Shown here: one piece after another, positions 23,452 through 32,000 of the stretch | Layout: every line of letters starts with the position of its first letter | Numbering within the stretch: the first letter of the stretch is position 1 | Assembly (NCBI RefSeq): GCF_000172995.2 | Contig: NC_014729.1 | Location: 2,070,001 to 2,102,000 of the forward strand | Origin: Halogeometricum borinquense DSM 11551 | GTDB taxonomy: Archaea > Halobacteriota > Halobacteria > Halobacteriales > Haloferacaceae | DNA length: 32,000 nucleotides | Direction of reading: 5' to 3' | The notes under the pieces: model-generated | Database searches by the model: none | Told to the model about the DNA's origin: nothing | Seen by the model: only the letters and a program-made list of their open reading frames with translations | Program-made: the position numbers and the translations under genes

Positions 23452-24216
23452 ATGCGAAAGACGCGTTTAGCACTCGTTTCGGTGTTCTCGGTGCTGATTC
23501 TCGCGCTATTTGCTGACCCTGTGGCCGCGCAGGCGTCCGCGAGCGCCGAGCTCATCAACGATCTGAACAGTAGGCTGCTGTACGTGGCCTTCCCCATCAC
23601 CCTACTCGTAGAGTTCATCCTCCTCTACGCGGTGGTGAAGTTCCGTAACAACGACAACCCGCTGCCAACCAAGGAGAACCGCCGTCTCGAAATCACGTGG
23701 ACCGTTGCAACGGCCATTATCCTTCTGTTCGTCGGCGTCGCCTCCTACGGCGTCCTCGCTGACGACAACGTCACCCACCAGCCAGAAGAAGAGTTGCAGG
23801 GCGACCCTGTCGTCGTCCACGCCGAAGCGTACCAGTGGGGTTGGGAGATGTCCTACCCCGAAGACGGTAACTTCACGACCGGAACCGAAATTGTCGTCCC
23901 GAAGGACCGGCCGGTCGTCTTCGAGGTGACTTCCAGGGACGTGATACACGGCTTCCACGTTCCTAAGATGGGGATGAAGACCGACGCGATGCCGGGACAG
24001 ATTAACACCGTCAAGACTGTCCCTTACGAGGAAGATACCTACCAGGGCTACTGTACCGAGTACTGCGGTGTCGCTCACTCGCAGATGTACTTCAGCGTCG
24101 AAGTAGTCTCACAAGAAGAGTACCAAACGTGGCTCTCCGAACAGCAGAACAGTAGCAGTAGCGGCAACAGTGCCAGCGTCGAAGGCACCGTCGAAGCGTC
24201 CGCGCTCGCTCAGTAA
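23452..24216 (+). CDS. coxB: Cytochrome c oxidase subunit II
   Basis: 254 aa with a signal/TM N-terminus, two TM helices and the CuA centre motif HGFHVP...CTEYCGVAHSQM. Confidence 0.9.
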   Translation: MRKTRLALVSVFSVLILALFADPVAAQASASAELINDLNSRLLYVAFPITLLVEFILLYAVVKFRNNDNPLPTKENRRLEITWTVATAIILLFVGVASYGVLADDNVTHQPEEELQGDPVVVHAEAYQWGWEMSYPEDGNFTTGTEIVVPKDRPVVFEVTSRDVIHGFHVPKMGMKTDAMPGQINTVKTVPYEEDTYQGYCTEYCGVAHSQMYFSVEVVSQEEYQTWLSEQQNSSSSGNSASVEGTVEASALAQ

Positions 24217-25044
24217 CTACCGCGGCGCGTTTCGCAACCGAGTCGTCTCTCCTTCGGTCACTTCCACCGTGCGTTCGTCAGTCTCAACGAGCAGTCCGCC
24301 CCGCGGCGATACATCTCGTGCGATGCCGGTAACATCGGCGTTGCCTCGTCGTCGAACCGTCACGCGCGACCCGAGCGTCTCGGCGCGTTCGCGCCAGTCA
24401 TCCAGGAGTGCCGCGAATCCCTCGTCAGATTCGGCGGCGGCACATCGCGCGACCAACGACTCACGATAGCGTTCTGCGACGCGTTCGCGGTCTACAGACC
24501 CGACTTCCGCCCGGAGCGTCGTCACTGGCCTGTCGAGCGACACCTCCGCAGGGTCGAAGTCGGCGTTGATTCCCGTCCCGACGAGGACGTACTCGACCGA
24601 CACGTTGTCGTCGCCAAACACCTCGTCTACGGGTTTTCCAGGAACAGTGACGCCGTCCACTACGGGTTCGGTGAGGATACCGGCGAGCTTCTTCGGTACG
24701 GCGTCTGCGGCGTCCTCGGCAGACGGGCTGGCTACGACCACGTCGTTCGGCCACTTCAGACGCGCATCGACGCCGAGTGGTTCGACGGCATCGACGACGG
24801 CCATCGCCCCGGCGAAGGTGAGGCGCCCGACGTGTTCCGTGGATAGATCGGGTCGGAGAAGCGTGCTCGACCAGATACCGCCGGGCGGGGCGGCCCACTC
24901 GTTACCCGTCCGTCCGCGGGCAGCGGTGAGTTCGTTCGCCACGACCATCGTCCCGTGGGGCGCGCCGTCATCGGCCAACTGCCGGACGCGGAGGCTCGTG
25001 TTGCCCAGCGACTCGTGAAACTCTACCGGCGGGTCGTCGGTCAT
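24217..25044 (-). CDS. birA: Biotin--protein ligase (BirA catalytic-domain type)
   Basis: The motif GRTGNEWAAPPGGIWSS matches the GRGRxGRxWxSPxG biotin-ligase motif. KWPNDV is also present. The track start 25050 is a GTG, and the first ATG is at 25044. Its stop codon abuts the coxB stop with 0 nt between them. Confidence 0.8.
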   Translation of the reverse strand: MTDDPPVEFHESLGNTSLRVRQLADDGAPHGTMVVANELTAARGRTGNEWAAPPGGIWSSTLLRPDLSTEHVGRLTFAGAMAVVDAVEPLGVDARLKWPNDVVVASPSAEDAADAVPKKLAGILTEPVVDGVTVPGKPVDEVFGDDNVSVEYVLVGTGINADFDPAEVSLDRPVTTLRAEVGSVDRERVAERYRESLVARCAAAESDEGFAALLDDWRERAETLGSRVTVRRRGNADVTGIARDVSPRGGLLVETDERTVEVTEGETTRLRNAPR

Positions 25045-25151
25045 AGTCACTCGTTCGACGGCGGACCCAACAAAGTTCGCGGTGCGCCGGAACGGACGGA
25101 CGCGCCACCGACTCGATAACTCGCGTTAGGATATTCGACGCTTCGGACGAT

Positions 25152-25589
25152 TCAGTCGTCGCCGCGGCGGTCGAGAATCCGGTCGATGATGCGGCCGGTC
25201 GAGAGGAGTTCGTCCTCGTACCGCGGTTCGCGCGCGGAGGCGCGGGTGACTTCACAGTCGATGCCGCGCGAGTCCAGAGCCGCGCGGATACCGTCTGCGT
25301 CGTGGTGTTGGTCGTGACCGAGAACGATAACGTCGGGACGGATGCGCTCGATAGGAACGAAAATATCCTCAGTGTGGCCGAGGTGGGCTTCCGTTACCAC
25401 GTCGATGGCGGCAACCATGTCGCGGCGCTGGCGGTCCGAGAGGATGGGTTTGGCCTTGTGAGTGACGTTTTCGCGGCGGGCGACGATGACGTGGAGTTCA
25501 TCACCGAGTTCGGCGGCGTCTCGCAGGTAATGCACGTGGCCGGGATGAAGGATGTCGAACGTCCCTTGGGCGATAACTCGTCTCGTCAT
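25152..25589 (-). CDS. ribL: FAD synthase, archaeal RibL type (cytidylyltransferase-like nucleotidyltransferase)
   Basis: 145 aa with [14 protein letters not shown] at the N-terminus. The size and pattern match archaeal RibL. The ATG at 25589 overlaps the stop of the upstream JAMM gene (ATGA). Confidence 0.8.
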   Translation of the reverse strand: MTRRVIAQGTFDILHPGHVHYLRDAAELGDELHVIVARRENVTHKAKPILSDRQRRDMVAAIDVVTEAHLGHTEDIFVPIERIRPDVIVLGHDQHHDADGIRAALDSRGIDCEVTRASAREPRYEDELLSTGRIIDRILDRRGDD

Positions 25590-26080
25590 TGATCAAGGTC
25601 ATCGAGGTCCAGATCGAGATCTGCCTCGTCGAAGTCGAAGAACGATTCGGGGTCCGGGAGGTCCACGTCGAGGACATCCAGCGTCGTGGGTTTGCCCTCT
25701 TGGTCGAACGCACGCCAGTCGCTTCTGCGATAGGGATGTCCGAGGATGATATGGACCTGCCCCTGTCCGAACGTGTCCAAGTCAGCGTCACTCGGCCGGA
25801 GGACGCCGTTCGGGTGAGAGTGAATCGAACCCACCGCGCGCATGTCGTTCGGAATCATGTTCGAATCCACCGTTGCACTCGTGGGGTCTGACTTCGTCCC
25901 CGGGATGATCAGCACGTCCGTGATGACCGTCCCCGAGCGGTCGAGGCCGAGCTGTCGTGCGTCCTCACCGCGGAGAAATCCCATGTACTCGTTGGGGTGC
26001 GTCTCTTTGGACGCCTCCAACGCGAATTCGAGTGCCTCCTCGGCGATTCCGAGAATCTCTTTCGACCGGAAGAGGCGCAT
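25586..26080 (-). CDS. JAMM/MPN+ metalloprotease (desampylase-like) with a poly-acidic C-terminal tail
   Basis: The track ORF is trimmed to the ATG at 26080 ([20 protein letters not shown]...). It has the JAMM motif E(x)n [14 protein letters not shown], and the tail is [16 protein letters not shown]. Confidence 0.85.
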   Translation of the reverse strand: MRLFRSKEILGIAEEALEFALEASKETHPNEYMGFLRGEDARQLGLDRSGTVITDVLIIPGTKSDPTSATVDSNMIPNDMRAVGSIHSHPNGVLRPSDADLDTFGQGQVHIILGHPYRRSDWRAFDQEGKPTTLDVLDVDLPDPESFFDFDEADLDLDLDDLDQ

Positions 26081-26200
26081 ACGTTCAGTTCCGGTGCGTC
26101 GGCATCTAAGAGTTCCGGTCCGGGAGCCGAAGAAACCGCAAGACTGCGATACGATGCCGGAAGCGACACGCTCAGGGAACGGGCCTTCGATGTCGTTCGT

Positions 26201-27088
26201 GTGGCCGACAAGACACCACCTGCATCCGAGAGACAACAGTCTCTGGAGACGGTTTGTGCCCGTGCGGAGTCGCAGTTCGGTTCGGCCGTGACAAACGCCG
26301 CTGAACTCGACGGTGGGAAGGTGGGGTCTGTCTCCCGACTCGACTTCGCCGACCGCGATGCCGTCGTCGCCAAAGTCAGTGACACACCGCTGACCGTCGA
26401 AGCCGAGATGCTCCGGTATCTCGACCGTGAGTCGGCGCTTCCGGTCCCCGAAGTGTATCACGCGACAACTGGCTGCCTTCTCATGGAGTACGTCGAGGGA
26501 GATGGAAAATTCACTGAGGCAGTCGAACGAGATGCTGCGGACTGCCTCGCCGAACTCCACGAAGTGACCGCCGAGCAGTCAGGATTCCCGTTCGATACGC
26601 TAAGTGGCCCGTACAGTCTCCCGAACCCGTGGACTGAGTCGTGGATCGACTTCTTCCGCGAGTTCCGACTGCGCGACGTAGCCGACGCGGCGGCCGAGGC
26701 GGGAACGCTGCCATCCGCAGACCGAGAACGCGTCGCGGCCCTCACATCAGACCTCGACAGTTTGCTCACCGAACCGGCTGCGCCCGCCCTGCTCCACGGC
26801 GACGTCTGGTCCGAGAACGTCGTCGTCCGCGACGGCCACGTACGGGCATTTTTGGACCCTGCGATGTACTACGGCCACCCAGAGATCGAACTCGCCTACA
26901 TCCTCGCCTTCGACACGTTCGGTGACGCGTTCTTCGAGCGGTACGACGACCGGCGAGGCATCGAAGACGGGTTCTTCGAGACGCGTGCGGCGGTGTATAC
27001 CGTCTTCTCCTCGCTCGAACTGGTTCGATACTCCGGCTGCGACAAACTCTCGTCACTCCGCGGCGCGTTGACGGAACTGGGGTACTGA
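26201..27088 (+). CDS. Fructosamine kinase family protein (protein-kinase-like fold); start uncertain
   Basis: It has LLHGDVWSENV (HGDLW-x-x-N) and the brace motif DPAMYYGHPEIELA. The frame has no ATG near the 5' end, and the track start 25997 is a GTG that overlaps the JAMM gene. I chose the in-frame GTG at 26201 (MADKTPPASERQQSLE...), which gives about 295 aa. Confidence 0.75.
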   Translation: MADKTPPASERQQSLETVCARAESQFGSAVTNAAELDGGKVGSVSRLDFADRDAVVAKVSDTPLTVEAEMLRYLDRESALPVPEVYHATTGCLLMEYVEGDGKFTEAVERDAADCLAELHEVTAEQSGFPFDTLSGPYSLPNPWTESWIDFFREFRLRDVADAAAEAGTLPSADRERVAALTSDLDSLLTEPAAPALLHGDVWSENVVVRDGHVRAFLDPAMYYGHPEIELAYILAFDTFGDAFFERYDDRRGIEDGFFETRAAVYTVFSSLELVRYSGCDKLSSLRGALTELGY

Positions 27089-27163
27089 ACTACCTCGAAT
27101 CGGACGATTCAGTCGCGGGCGCGCATGTAAAGTCTTAACCGGCGGCCACCATTTCAACCGACT

Positions 27164-29086
27164 ATGACTGTCGAAAACGCCGGGGATTCCGGCGGCGAGT
27201 CCGGTTCGAATTCGGACGGGGACTCGCGTCCTGTCGTCTACGATTTAGCACCGAACTGCACGCTCGAAGACACTGAAGTTGGCGCGAACTACCACGCTGT
27301 CGTCAACGGCGTCGTCGAGTACGGCGTCTTCGTGGATATCTCCGATGAAGTTTCGGGTCTCGTCCACGAGTCGAATCTCGACCGCACGTACGAAGTTGGT
27401 GACCGTCTCATCGTCTCCTTAGACGAAGTCCGAGAGAACGGCGACCTCGCATTCGATGCGGTGAGTCTCAGCGACTACCGCACCGTCACCGTCGATTACG
27501 AACCCGATATCACGCCAATCGCAGAGGTTGAGGCGGGGATGGACGTGTTCGTCGAAGGCGTCGTCGCGCAGATCAAACAGACCGGTGGTCCCACCGTCTT
27601 CCGCATCGCCGACGACACCGGCATCGTCTCGGCCGCCGCATTCGAGGACGCCGGTGTCCGCGCACACCCCGAAGTCGAACTGGACGACGCGGTCCGCGTC
27701 AGCGGAACCGCCGAGAGCCACGAAGGCGCGCTGCAACTCGAAGTCAACTCGATGACGCGGCTGACCGACGAGGCCGCCGAATCGACCCGCGAACGGCTTG
27801 AAAACGCCCTCAGCGAGCGCGCCGAACCCAACGAAGTCGAACCACTCGTGGAGTGGCCGGCATTCGAGAAACTCCGCGACGACCTGCGTGACGTCGCTCG
27901 CCTGCTCCGCCGAACCGTATTGGAGGGCCGCCCCATCCGCGTCCGCCACCACGCCGATGGCGACGGCATGTGCGCGTCTGTCCCGGTTCAACTCGCACTG
28001 GAGAACTTCATCAGCGAGGTCCACGACGACGAGGACGCCCCGCGTCACCTGTTCAAGCGTCTCCCATCGAAAGCGCCGTTCTACGAGATGGAGGACGTGA
28101 CGCGCGATCTGAACTTCGCCTTGGAGGGTCGTTCGCGCCACGGTCAGCGGCTTCCGCTTCTCCTCATGCTGGACAACGGGTCCACTGAGGAAGACGTGCC
28201 TGCCTACGAGAATCTCGCACACTACGACGTGCCAATCGCCGTCGTTGACCACCACCACCCCGACCCCGAGGCGGTCGAACCGCTTCTTGACGCACACGTC
28301 AATCCCTACCTGTACGACGAAGACTACCGCATCACCACCGGGATGATGTGCGTCGAACTCGCGCGGATGATCGACCCCTCGGTCACCGACGACCTGAAGC
28401 ACGTCCCCGCCGTCGCCGGTCTCTCCGACCGGTCGAAGGCCACGGTGATGGACGACTTCGTCGAACTCGCCGAAGAGCAGGGCTACGACCGCGAGGGACT
28501 TCTCGACATCGGCGAAGCGCTCGACTACGCGGCCCACTGGCTTCGCTACAGCGACGGGCAGTCCATCGTCAACGACGTGCTGAACGTCGGTTGCGACGAC
28601 GAAGCGCGCCACGAGGAACTGGTCGAATTCCTCGCCACGCGCGCCGAACGCGACGTGAACCGCCAACTGGACGCAGCAGAGTCACACGTCGAGCACGAGA
28701 CGCTTAGTTCGGGCGCGCACCTCTACACCATCGACCTGGACGAGTGGGCGCACCGCTTTACCTACCCCGCACCCGGGAAGACGACGGGCAAACTGCACGA
28801 CCAGAAGGTCCAAGAACGACAGGAACCCGTCATCACCATCGGCTACGGTCCGGACTTCGCCGTCCTCCGCTCGGACGGTGTCCGCCTCGACATCCCGCAG
28901 ATGGTTGCTGAACTCAACGAGGAAGTCGTCGGCGGCGGCGTCTCCGGCGGTGGCCACCTCGTCGTCGGGTCGATCAAGTTCGTGAAGGGAATGCGAAGCG
29001 AAGTCATCGACAGCCTCGTCGAGAAGATGGCCGAAGCGGAACTCGACGCCGAACTCTCCTCGCAGGCACCCGTTGACGACCTGTAA
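27164..29086 (+). CDS. RecJ-like DHH-family phosphoesterase with N-terminal S1 and OB-fold domains
   Basis: 640 aa. S1-like region: YHAVVNGVVEYGVFVDISDEVSGLVHES. OB-like region: VFVEGVVAQIKQTGGPTVFRIADDTG. DHH motifs: VRHHADGDGMCAS and AVVDHHHPD. There is a C-terminal GGGH (DHHA1-like). Confidence 0.85.
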   Translation: MTVENAGDSGGESGSNSDGDSRPVVYDLAPNCTLEDTEVGANYHAVVNGVVEYGVFVDISDEVSGLVHESNLDRTYEVGDRLIVSLDEVRENGDLAFDAVSLSDYRTVTVDYEPDITPIAEVEAGMDVFVEGVVAQIKQTGGPTVFRIADDTGIVSAAAFEDAGVRAHPEVELDDAVRVSGTAESHEGALQLEVNSMTRLTDEAAESTRERLENALSERAEPNEVEPLVEWPAFEKLRDDLRDVARLLRRTVLEGRPIRVRHHADGDGMCASVPVQLALENFISEVHDDEDAPRHLFKRLPSKAPFYEMEDVTRDLNFALEGRSRHGQRLPLLLMLDNGSTEEDVPAYENLAHYDVPIAVVDHHHPDPEAVEPLLDAHVNPYLYDEDYRITTGMMCVELARMIDPSVTDDLKHVPAVAGLSDRSKATVMDDFVELAEEQGYDREGLLDIGEALDYAAHWLRYSDGQSIVNDVLNVGCDDEARHEELVEFLATRAERDVNRQLDAAESHVEHETLSSGAHLYTIDLDEWAHRFTYPAPGKTTGKLHDQKVQERQEPVITIGYGPDFAVLRSDGVRLDIPQMVAELNEEVVGGGVSGGGHLVVGSIKFVKGMRSEVIDSLVEKMAEAELDAELSSQAPVDDL

Positions 29087-29142
29087 CGGTCAATAGACGA
29101 CCCGCCCACACCGACCTTCCGAAACCGTCGCTCGGCGCGACA

Positions 29143-30819
29143 TCACCGCTCGAATCGAACCGTCTTTTTCAGTATCAGTCCCGCCAGCGACGCAGAGGCG
29201 AGGGCACCCGCTACGAGGACCCACATCGTCCCGCTGTCGTCGCCACCACCCGCCGACTGCCAGTCACTGTCGAACGCGCGCTGATAGTACGACGCCGGCT
29301 CCGGCCCGTCCAATTCGAGAACGACCTCGCGGTTTTCCGTCGCGGCGTGGTCATTCCAGTTGAGACTGCCGACCAGTACCGACTCACCGTCAACGACGGC
29401 CCCCTTTGCGTGGACTTTTCCGAACTGGCCTCGCGGCTCTGCGATGCGTGCCTCGATAGGGACTCCCGAATCGCGGAGTGCCTGCGTCCGTGTAACCACG
29501 CGCTCGTTTTCGTCGGCATCGTACCACGCGTTCGAGAGGAGAATGCGAACGGTGACGCCGCGGCGTGCCGCACGAACGAGGGCGGCAAAGAATCGACCGT
29601 CAGGGTCGAGACGTGGGTTCACGACTGCGATTTGGTTCTCCGCCTCGTCCAATCGCCGAATCACCGCTTTGCCAGCGTTACCGGGCGTCGTCAGGACGCG
29701 CACGTTGGTCGCGTGGACGGACTCTGGGGGAATCGTCGTCGGGTAGGTGGCGTTCGGCGGAGGGTCGGTAACAAACGCCCGTCCTCGGCGGTACGACTTC
29801 CACGAGACGGTACCGCAGCCCGTCGAATCCTGTTCGAACACCGTCGCCAACTCCTCGGCCGTCCGCATCGACTCCACGCGGACACCCCATCCGCGACTGT
29901 CGCGGCCGCCAGTCCCCGCTGGTTTCCAGTTTTCCGTCAGGACGAGCGCGCGGTCGTCTACAACGGCGTACTTTGCATGGTGAAACGAGAACTTCGCTCC
30001 CGGACCGGCGACGACGGCAACGGGGACGCCTGCGCGAACGAGTCGGTCCAACGTCTCGGCCTGCCGCCGTGAGACACCGCCGACAGGGCCGCCCTCGACA
30101 AGGACACGAACTCTCACACCGCGATGATGGGCGGCGACGAGTGCGTCCGCAACGCGCGCAGAGGAAAGTGTGTATCCTGCGAGGAAGAGCCGTTCGTCCG
30201 CCGAGCGAAGCGTCTCGACGGTGATTGTCGATGCGTCGGGGAGAACAAACGCTGTTGCGTCCGCCGGGCCGGTGGCGACCGGTTCACGCAGGTCGAGTCC
30301 CAGCGGTATCCACCGGCCAGTCGAGGCGTTCCAGCGTTCGCCCGCTGGAGCGTCTTCGTAGCGTATCTTGTGGACAGTCGTGCCGTTGCGACGGAGGACG
30401 AGACGCTCACCCGCGTTCGAGAGCGAGAGAGCCGTGGAGACGACGGGGGAGGGTGTCAGCGACCGCGTGGTGTTCGGATCCGAGGAGAGAACGACGACAC
30501 CGCTCCGGGGCGGGATCGAGAACGACTGTTCTCCGTCAGAGAGCGTGAGATTCGATACGCCGCCGACGCGAACGACGACGAACTCGCCTGTGTCGCCCGC
30601 GGTGAGTGGGTTCGGATAGGTGGCGAGAATTTGTGGTGATGCCGCGTTCGATCCGGACTCAGCAGTGGTACTGGCAGCGCTCGTACGTCCAGTAGCGCTA
30701 ACGGCTCTCGACGGGTCGGGATCCGAAACGGCGACAGCGGCACCGACGGCGACGCCGCAGGACTGTCCGAGCAACGTACAGACGAGGGCGACGGCGATGA
30801 GTCGGCGGGCGTTCGACAC
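29143..30819 (-). CDS. Secreted/membrane-anchored phospholipase D-family protein with two HKD motifs and an N-terminal lamin-tail-like domain
   Basis: 558 aa with a GTG start. It has an N-terminal RR-containing signal-like segment (MSNARRLIAVALVC). The LTD-like stretch is YPNPLTAGDTGEFVVVRV. The HKD motifs are FHHAKYAVVDD...TENW and VHAKGAVVDG...GSLNW. A C-terminal hydrophobic anchor reads WVLVAGALASASLAGLILKK. Confidence 0.85.
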   Translation of the reverse strand: MSNARRLIAVALVCTLLGQSCGVAVGAAVAVSDPDPSRAVSATGRTSAASTTAESGSNAASPQILATYPNPLTAGDTGEFVVVRVGGVSNLTLSDGEQSFSIPPRSGVVVLSSDPNTTRSLTPSPVVSTALSLSNAGERLVLRRNGTTVHKIRYEDAPAGERWNASTGRWIPLGLDLREPVATGPADATAFVLPDASTITVETLRSADERLFLAGYTLSSARVADALVAAHHRGVRVRVLVEGGPVGGVSRRQAETLDRLVRAGVPVAVVAGPGAKFSFHHAKYAVVDDRALVLTENWKPAGTGGRDSRGWGVRVESMRTAEELATVFEQDSTGCGTVSWKSYRRGRAFVTDPPPNATYPTTIPPESVHATNVRVLTTPGNAGKAVIRRLDEAENQIAVVNPRLDPDGRFFAALVRAARRGVTVRILLSNAWYDADENERVVTRTQALRDSGVPIEARIAEPRGQFGKVHAKGAVVDGESVLVGSLNWNDHAATENREVVLELDGPEPASYYQRAFDSDWQSAGGGDDSGTMWVLVAGALASASLAGLILKKTVRFER

Positions 30820-30944
30820 GGGGTCGTTGGCCGCCTCTCCCTACTTGAACCTCAGGAGTGCCGCCCCTCGAATCACAACCAGCAAGAAACACGAGACCTG
30901 CAAGAAACGAGCGCGTGCCGGGTTAGGCGTTCTGTGTATTCAGC

Positions 30945-32000
30945 TTAGGCCGTCGGCGCGTCGGCGTCCGCGTCGCCGAGACGTTCGCGTGCGAGTTCAG
31001 CCTCGTGCTGAACGAGGTATGACTGTTCGTCGGTGTAGTCGGCAGCAGTTTCGAGCGCCTCTTCGGTTCCGATCTGGCGGAGTGCCCACGCGGCAGCGGC
31101 GCGGACCGTGTTGTCCTCGTCGTCCGCGAGGGTATCGGCGAGCGGGTCGATAGCGCGCGTGTCGCCGAGGAGACCGAGCGCACGTGCTGCGAACGGACGC
31201 ACGTTCTCGTTGTCCATCACGAGTTTGTCGGCAATTGCCTGTGTTGCCTCTGCGGAGCCGATTTCGCCGAGAGCTTTGAACGTCACCTTCTGGAGTGCCG
31301 GGTCGGAGTCGGTGTCAACGTACTCCACCAGCGTCTCGACAGCCTCCGCCGCGTCGGCTCCCATCTTTCCGAGAGCCTTGATGGCCGTCTTGTCACGGCG
31401 CTGAGCGAGTTGGTGCATCTCGTCGAACACCGCCGGGTCGCCCATCCGGACGAACGCCTCCATGCAGTACTCCTGCATGAACTCCGATTGGAGGTTGTCC
31501 TTCGCAAGGAGAATCATATCCGCACGGCCGCGTTTCTCCCACTCTTTGAGAGCGGAGAGTTCCGGCGGGTAGTCTTTGTAGTGACCGAGAACGTCGTAGA
31601 ACCCCTGTGCTTGGAGTTTCTCGTTCGTCTCGAGGTCATCCCATTCTTCGGCGTCTTCGAGACCGGCTTCCAACTCGTCGGTTGCCTCAAGCAGGGAATC
31701 GATGGTCTCTGCGTCCTCGTCGGCGTCCAGTCCGGCGGACTCGACAGCCGAAATGGCGTCATCAAGGGCCGCGGTCAGGGCCGCTTCGTCGTCGCCGGAA
31801 ACCGACACGGAGGCGTCGAGCGTGTCGTTTACGTCGTCCGCAAACGACTCGACAACGTCCACGATTTCACCTTCCCCGCGGTCGGTCCATTGGGTGTCTG
31901 AAATCTTCGACTGTGCCGATTCGATATCGTCCACGACATCCTCGGCGTACGGACCGCGCTGGGATTCGAGGTCGTCTCGAAGGTCCGAAAGACGCGATTC
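30945..32000 (-). CDS. HEAT-repeat (PBS-lyase HEAT-like) protein, very acidic N-terminal half; the 5' end probably lies beyond the right edge
   Basis: HEAT-like repeats are present (DPAVFDEMHQLAQRRDKTAIKALGKMG, DPALQKVTFKALGEIG, VRPFAARALGLLG, VRAAAAWALRQIG). The track start 31934 is a GTG, and the frame remains open through base 32000 (ESRLSDLRDDLESQRGPYAEDV-VDDIES...). Confidence 0.75.
   Translation of the reverse strand, partial: ESRLSDLRDDLESQRGPYAEDVVDDIESAQSKISDTQWTDRGEGEIVDVVESFADDVNDTLDASVSVSGDDEAALTAALDDAISAVESAGLDADEDAETIDSLLEATDELEAGLEDAEEWDDLETNEKLQAQGFYDVLGHYKDYPPELSALKEWEKRGRADMILLAKDNLQSEFMQEYCMEAFVRMGDPAVFDEMHQLAQRRDKTAIKALGKMGADAAEAVETLVEYVDTDSDPALQKVTFKALGEIGSAEATQAIADKLVMDNENVRPFAARALGLLGDTRAIDPLADTLADDEDNTVRAAAAWALRQIGTEEALETAADYTDEQSYLVQHEAELARERLGDADADAPTA

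Noticed and set aside
25143-27114. An exact 16-nt direct repeat, tcggacgattcagtcg, at 25143-25158 (ribL stop region) and 27099-27114 (just after the fructosamine kinase stop), bracketing a 3-gene block
   Set aside because: For a 32-kb window at this GC bias, I estimate roughly 0.1-0.5 chance 16-mers. There is no extended similarity beyond the 16 nt and no mobile-element genes inside. I treat it as coincidence unless it is seen genome-wide.
27419-28666. 415-aa minus-strand ORF, the longest alternative ORF in the window
   Set aside because: It is antisense to the RecJ-like gene, which carries ordered S1, OB, DHH and DHHA1 motifs. The translation is Val/Gly/Asp/His-rich mirror-codon sequence.
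29143-29235. A PGF-CTERM / archaeosortase sorting signal at the C-terminus of the PLD protein
   Set aside because: The hydrophobic tail lacks the PGF tripeptide (the sequence is ...GGGDDSGTMWVLVAGALASASLAGLILKKTVRFER). I call it only a generic C-terminal TM anchor.
1-32000. CRISPR arrays, rRNA/tRNA genes, IS elements and prophage genes
   Set aside because: Reading both strands showed no regularly spaced repeats, no tRNA- or rRNA-like conserved segments and no transposase, integrase or capsid-like ORFs.

Overview
This window is a GC-rich stretch of haloarchaeal (Halobacteria-type) chromosome. Its proteins are very acidic, several genes look leaderless with a TATA box about 27-30 nt upstream, and many neighbouring genes overlap stop-to-start. 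Most of the ~35 genes are ordinary housekeeping or accessory metabolism. They include an OYE flavoenzyme (partial), a macro-domain protein, an S9 peptidase, an IMPase-family phosphatase, a DUF2071 protein and a metallophosphoesterase. Also present are a YdbS/YdbT bPH pair, a VOC protein, a beta-carbonic anhydrase, KDPG aldolase, an ABC-2 exporter, a Tat-lipoprotein PQQ sugar dehydrogenase and an aldo/keto reductase. The right half holds an Rdx protein, a CtaA-CtaB fusion with CoxB, biotin ligase, RibL, a JAMM/MPN+ protease, fructosamine kinase, an S1/OB-DHH RecJ-like protein, an LTD-PLD protein and a HEAT-repeat protein (partial). I found no rRNA, tRNA, CRISPR array, transposase or integrase. 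The stand-out region is an AT-richer islet at about 4.2-8.4 kb, all on the minus strand. It has a 506-aa DUF4157 (HExxH zincin) protein with a divergent C-terminal tail, overlapped by 4 nt (ATGA) with an unknown 286-aa gene. Immediately after that comes a second, start-less copy of only the DUF4157 module (about 348 bp, direct repeat, offset 1897 bp). A single frame break at a G5 run separates this copy from a 152-aa ORF that has no ATG, and that ORF overlaps by ATGA with a 182-aa unknown gene. This layout matches a polymorphic-toxin locus (main toxin plus partner, then orphan toxin cassette plus partner). I consider it an uncharacterised archaeal DUF4157 toxin/immunity-like or conflict system. 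All family names come from motif recognition by eye; no database search was possible.
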